From Marsupella aquatica (lineage: Eukaryota > Plantae > Marchantiophyta): a DNA stretch of 64,000 nt. The DNA lies in contig OZ316895.1 of the NCBI GenBank assembly GCA_973895155.1, positions 18,898,508 to 18,962,507 of the forward strand, read 5' to 3'. The translations under genes were made by a program, and so were the position numbers. Every line of letters begins with the position of its first letter. Position 1 is the stretch's first letter. Below, piece after piece: positions 59,671 to 64,000 of the stretch. Below the pieces are notes generated by a model. It was not told the origin of the DNA. It worked only from the letters and a program-made list of their open reading frames with translations, and did no database searches.

Positions 59671-60934
59671 AATTAGAAATGATAGAAAAATTATAAATTT
59701 TGAACTTTTTCTAAGTCAAAGGTGCAATATAGTTACCTTTTGTAGAAATTTAGATCAACTGAACACTTTATCTAATGTCATGCTACACCGGAGACTACTT
59801 CCTGTTCTGAATCTTGAATGACAGCGAAAGCCTTTACCTTTCATCGGCATCACACTCAAGACATGGATGTAATTCGAGAAGCTATGCAAGAGAATACCTA
59901 CACAAGAGTTCAGCAACCAGATCAGACAGCACTACTCAAACAAGATTAGTTCTCCCACGACAATAGTTAAGATCAATCGATCTCTGCAATTTTAGTTAAA
60001 TAGTTAAAGTAGTTAGAAAAATCTCATACTTTTTCAGGAGATAGCCCTTATGTAGCAGACCATACCCTGAAAATATCAGCCAAAACCGACATGTCGTTTA
60101 GAAGATATGGTATTTTTAGTTTTGCTTAAGCGTGAGTGCGCAACAGCGCAACGGCGCTAGTGCTCCAAAGCGCAAAGGCGCAACGGCGTTTTCGACACTT
60201 AGAAAATTTTCCGGAATAGTGTATTTTTTATCCAACAACACTTTTTATTGATTTTATTAAGGCACTTAGACACCTCAGAAAAGTCTAAATTTTTTCCAGC
60301 ATATAGCATGTATGTAAATCTTCCACCTAGCAAAGTTTCACCCTATTTTGACTTTTATGTTAGAAATTAAAATTCCGATAAACTCACTATTTATTAGTTT
60401 TACCACAAAAGTACAAAAAACACTTTTACTCCAGTTTACACTAGGGATAACTTTTGGTTAGTTTTTCATTCCAGCAACATTCTAGTGAACCTCTAGTATT
60501 CTTATAGCATATTTTCATACTTTTTACTTTAGTTTATGACCCTTAAGATATGAAAGGGCATGTCCTTTCATTATCTCTTTTCCCCTTTAGTTTCTGCTAC
60601 CCTATATGTAGTAGAGTTTTTGCCACTTTTTGTGTGAAGAAAATTCATGAGCGCTCAGTTGCAAGATTGCAACTTTGTTACCTCCATTTGTAGCAAGCAC
60701 TCCATTGCATATGAGTACTTAATACAAAGGAATTCTTCCCCCTTCAAGTCTAAATGAATGAGAAGTTTGGACCCTTGAAGTAAAATTATTGTGATTGTTA
60801 AATCTTTTGAGTATGTGGAAATAGATTCCTTGTTGGTGATGTTTCACATATTCCTTAGTTCTTGATGCATAGTTTTTCTACTCTAAACATTTATGGAAAA
60901 GATTAAGGTACTAGGATGATTACTAAAATGCCGT

Positions 60935-62123
60935 CAACATGTCTCAACTTCTTAGCATACGGAATGCCACCGGACATCACCCATCTCCGAACATTTGGAT
61001 GCCTGGTCCTGGTCCCAATACTCGGCCCCAAACGAACCAAAATGGGACCCCAAAGACAATGAGGCATCTAAGTGGGACTAGACTCACGTTCTATCATCAG
61101 GTACTTGGAACCTACGACAGCAGACTTATTTAAAGCAACGTTCCAAGACTGCCAATTCTTCAAAGATGAATTCCCAACTCTCGCCAAAGACACTGCTAGA
61201 AGCGGACATGTCAAAGCACAAGAACTACAATGGCTGCCCACGAAACCAATCACTGATGACCACCGGACCAGAGAAGCAGACCAAGGAGTACAAAGGGTCC
61301 TCCATTTACAGCAAATGCTCACAAACTTACCTGACTCTTTCAACGATGCAGCTGCAGTCACACGGTCACACACGGAGGCAGCAAATATACCCGCAAGAAT
61401 TTCACGGACAGCCCCACAGGCAACGGCAGCCACACCAAAGGCAAAATGGGGCCAACCCCTAGGCTCCAAGGATACGCACCCGCGACCACCACGCAACGCA
61501 TCACCAGCACCCACGGCCACCCTTGCACGAAGATCACCCCCCCAAGGGATATAGCAAACGAGGAAATAACGATCAGCTACATACACACTGGACAGATGAT
61601 GCAGCAAAATACAACACAAATCAATGACCACTTTGCGTTCCATATCTTTGAGGAGATAACCAACGAAACCCCCGACCCCATTACAGTAGCAGAGGCCCAA
61701 TCTTGACCAGACTGGCATCAATGGGAGCTGGCCATAAACTCCGAATTAGACTCCCTGATAAAACAAAACATCTTCGGACCCGTAATCCCTGCACCCGCAG
61801 GGACACACCTTACGGGATATAAGTTCACTTTCTTGAGGAAACAAAATGCAAAGGGAGAGGTAATCAGATACAAAGCTCGCTTGGTAGCAAAGGGCTACAC
61901 CCAAATTCCCGGCCGGGACTTCGACCAAACATACTCCTCGGTGATGGATTCCATAACATACCGGTACCTCATTGCATTTACACTCCTGCACAAGCTCGTC
62001 ATGTACACGCTAGACGTGATCACAGCCTACCTGTATGGTATCCTAGATACCACAATATACATGAAGGCACCCCCGGAAATGATCAAAAGAATAAGGTTCC
62101 ACATTGAGGGGGAGAAGAATGGT
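60935..62123 (+). pseudogene. Second Bianca-like copia pol fragment (integrase end to RT start)
   Basis: SIIRYLEPTTADLF, LPDSFNDA..VTRSH..AAN.PARI, RYKARLVAKGYTQ.PG.DF.QTYS.VMD.ITYRYL. Paralog of 3530-4584. Cut by TGTCACG at 62124. Confidence 0.9.
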
Positions 62124-63869
62124 TGTCACGCGATTGACATGGGTCTTAACACCAAAAACGTCACTATGGGTGCCAAAACCATCTCCTTGTACCTGAGGAT
62201 CACGAAGGGATGTTGTGAAGGCCGGTAAACACCAATTTATGCCCTTAACACTAGACTATCATAGCAAGACTCCGTCACACATCACCCAAGCTCAATCCCT
62301 AAGAACCAAGGTTGGGAATCAGATCCTGTGCTCATGATAGTTCTGGTGAGAAGGGGTCTTCATATCGGACCCGTACACACAGGGCCTAGCGCTACGGTGC
62401 GCATATGTCTATACGCATGCTTACTGTCATAGGTATATTTCTATTCCGCCGCCGAAATGTACCCATAAACCAGTGACTCCTGATTAATTCCCGACTTAGG
62501 GACTTCGAAGCCATTGCCCCACCACTCTGCCATTCCACTCTCAACAATCAGAGCTGTGACAGCCCTCACCCAACCCACTTCAATGCACCCGATACACCTC
62601 TCAGTGGCGCTGCTGGTCCCATCATACACTCAGATGGCCTCACACACATACACATCCATGAGAGAAATGAGGCTTGAGAGGAAAACTCAATTAGATTCAA
62701 AGATGTGCACAATAGTTCACTGAGAACACTTGATCCGAACACTAGGCCCGAAGGCTGTCTCCTCCCGATTGCGACGTGCTTCCCCTGCAAGCCCCGTGCT
62801 TGCCATGCAAGCTCAATCTGAACCTGAGCCCGGCTCACTCTAGATTGTGACGGCAGATTGGACTCGAACCAATCCCGTACTTGCCTTGCAAACTCAATCC
62901 TGAACTCAACCTCCTTCACTGCACTTCATTCTTGGGGGCACATACAGATCTCACACCTCCAATTCAGAACGTCAAGTTACGCATGCACAGTTGACTCGAC
63001 TTCAAAGCTGGTACCAGGCCTAACGACGATCTATCCCAGACTGCAATGAGGCCCGGCCTCACGCTTGCCCTGCAAGCTCAGCTCAGCTCTGGCCATAAAT
63101 CCCTTAGTGCTCTCTACCAGACAAAGGCCGGGACTCCCCATGGATCACGTAGCCTTGCCAGACTAAACTATAAATGCTCCTCCTGCTGCCCCTCAATCAG
63201 TGTCTCAGCCTTCCTAATGTGCTCACCGCAAATCACATTGAAATCCTCCCCACAGTTTACAATCACCAACACACCACCTATCACCAAGGCTCTATATCGG
63301 GGGAAAAGAACCCAGTTGTGTTGCCTACTAGAAAGAGCCACAATCCAGCTTGCAAACCTGGCCAACTGTTGCTATGAAGCGTGGTTGATTACTCCCTGAG
63401 TAATAGCACAACCAAGCTCTTCCCAGCACACAGCTTCCAAGCCCAACCTCCCTTGCACAGAGCTCCTCCCTGCTGCTCAGTCTACGTGAGATCACACAAC
63501 TGAAGTCCCCCCCCTTGCCTCTACCGGGGGGCTGCTCTATATACTCTCATACTGAGCCCAAATGGGTGGATATTACGCTACTGGAGCCCCATCCCAGCCC
63601 TAACAGAGCCGCCACTATCTCTAACTACTGAACCCTAACTCGCAACTTTATTTCTATCTCGAATTGGCTATGTACTTCGGATTTGGCCCTCCTCCATGGT
63701 TTTTGCGAGCTTGCGCCTCCTCTCCCGATTTCTCTATTCAACCATTTACTGCGTGGATAGCAGCGTTGGAAGCTGCTTGAGCTCCTCTTTCCACCGAGGT
63801 CCATTATAGCTGATTTGGTCAAATACACAGAGAGTTATGCCCCCGCAACCGAGAGAGGGTGCTCACTGC

Positions 63870-64000
63870 TGCGCTAACCCGAGTTTGGCTAACCTAGCTA
63901 TTCTATCTAACCCGAGTAGAGCTAACCCGCGGTCTCGGGTTAGGCCGCTACCCACTATCCGCTGACCTAGGCTAACCTGAGCCCGAACCCGAGCTTATCT
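63870..64000 (+). repeat. Short gctaacc(c/t) repeats in LTR-like DNA
   Basis: About six gctaacc/ctaacccg units. Confidence 0.55.

Overview
Eukaryotic, transposon-dense window. The TE families suggest an early-diverging land plant such as a liverwort or moss, which is inference only. No intact host gene is recognisable. Contents, left to right: a Ty3/gypsy integrase remnant; Bianca-type Ty1/copia pieces (also at 61-62 kb); a ~12 kb degenerate DNA-transposon-like block (~12.0-24.2 kb); a near-full-length but inactivated L1-type LINE (25-32.3 kb) plus two LINE 3' remnants; nested LTR-retroelement debris with accessory ORFs; and a complete 7.2 kb PIF/Harbinger element (45605-52838; TIRs, TAA TSD) carrying fragments of a CPN60/HSP60 gene. 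The 12-24 kb block is the most unusual part. A Sola1-like DDD transposase (+) is divergent from a minus-strand cargo cluster. That cluster encodes a ParB-like domain / beta-class DNA amino-methyltransferase-like domain / Ulp1 protease fusion and an FCP1-like phosphatase. The block also holds 12 copies of a 21-bp palindrome (TCTACACGAG-N-CTCGTGTGGA) that I did not see elsewhere in the window, resembling a ParB/parS arrangement. All domain calls come from motif recognition by eye, with no database searches.
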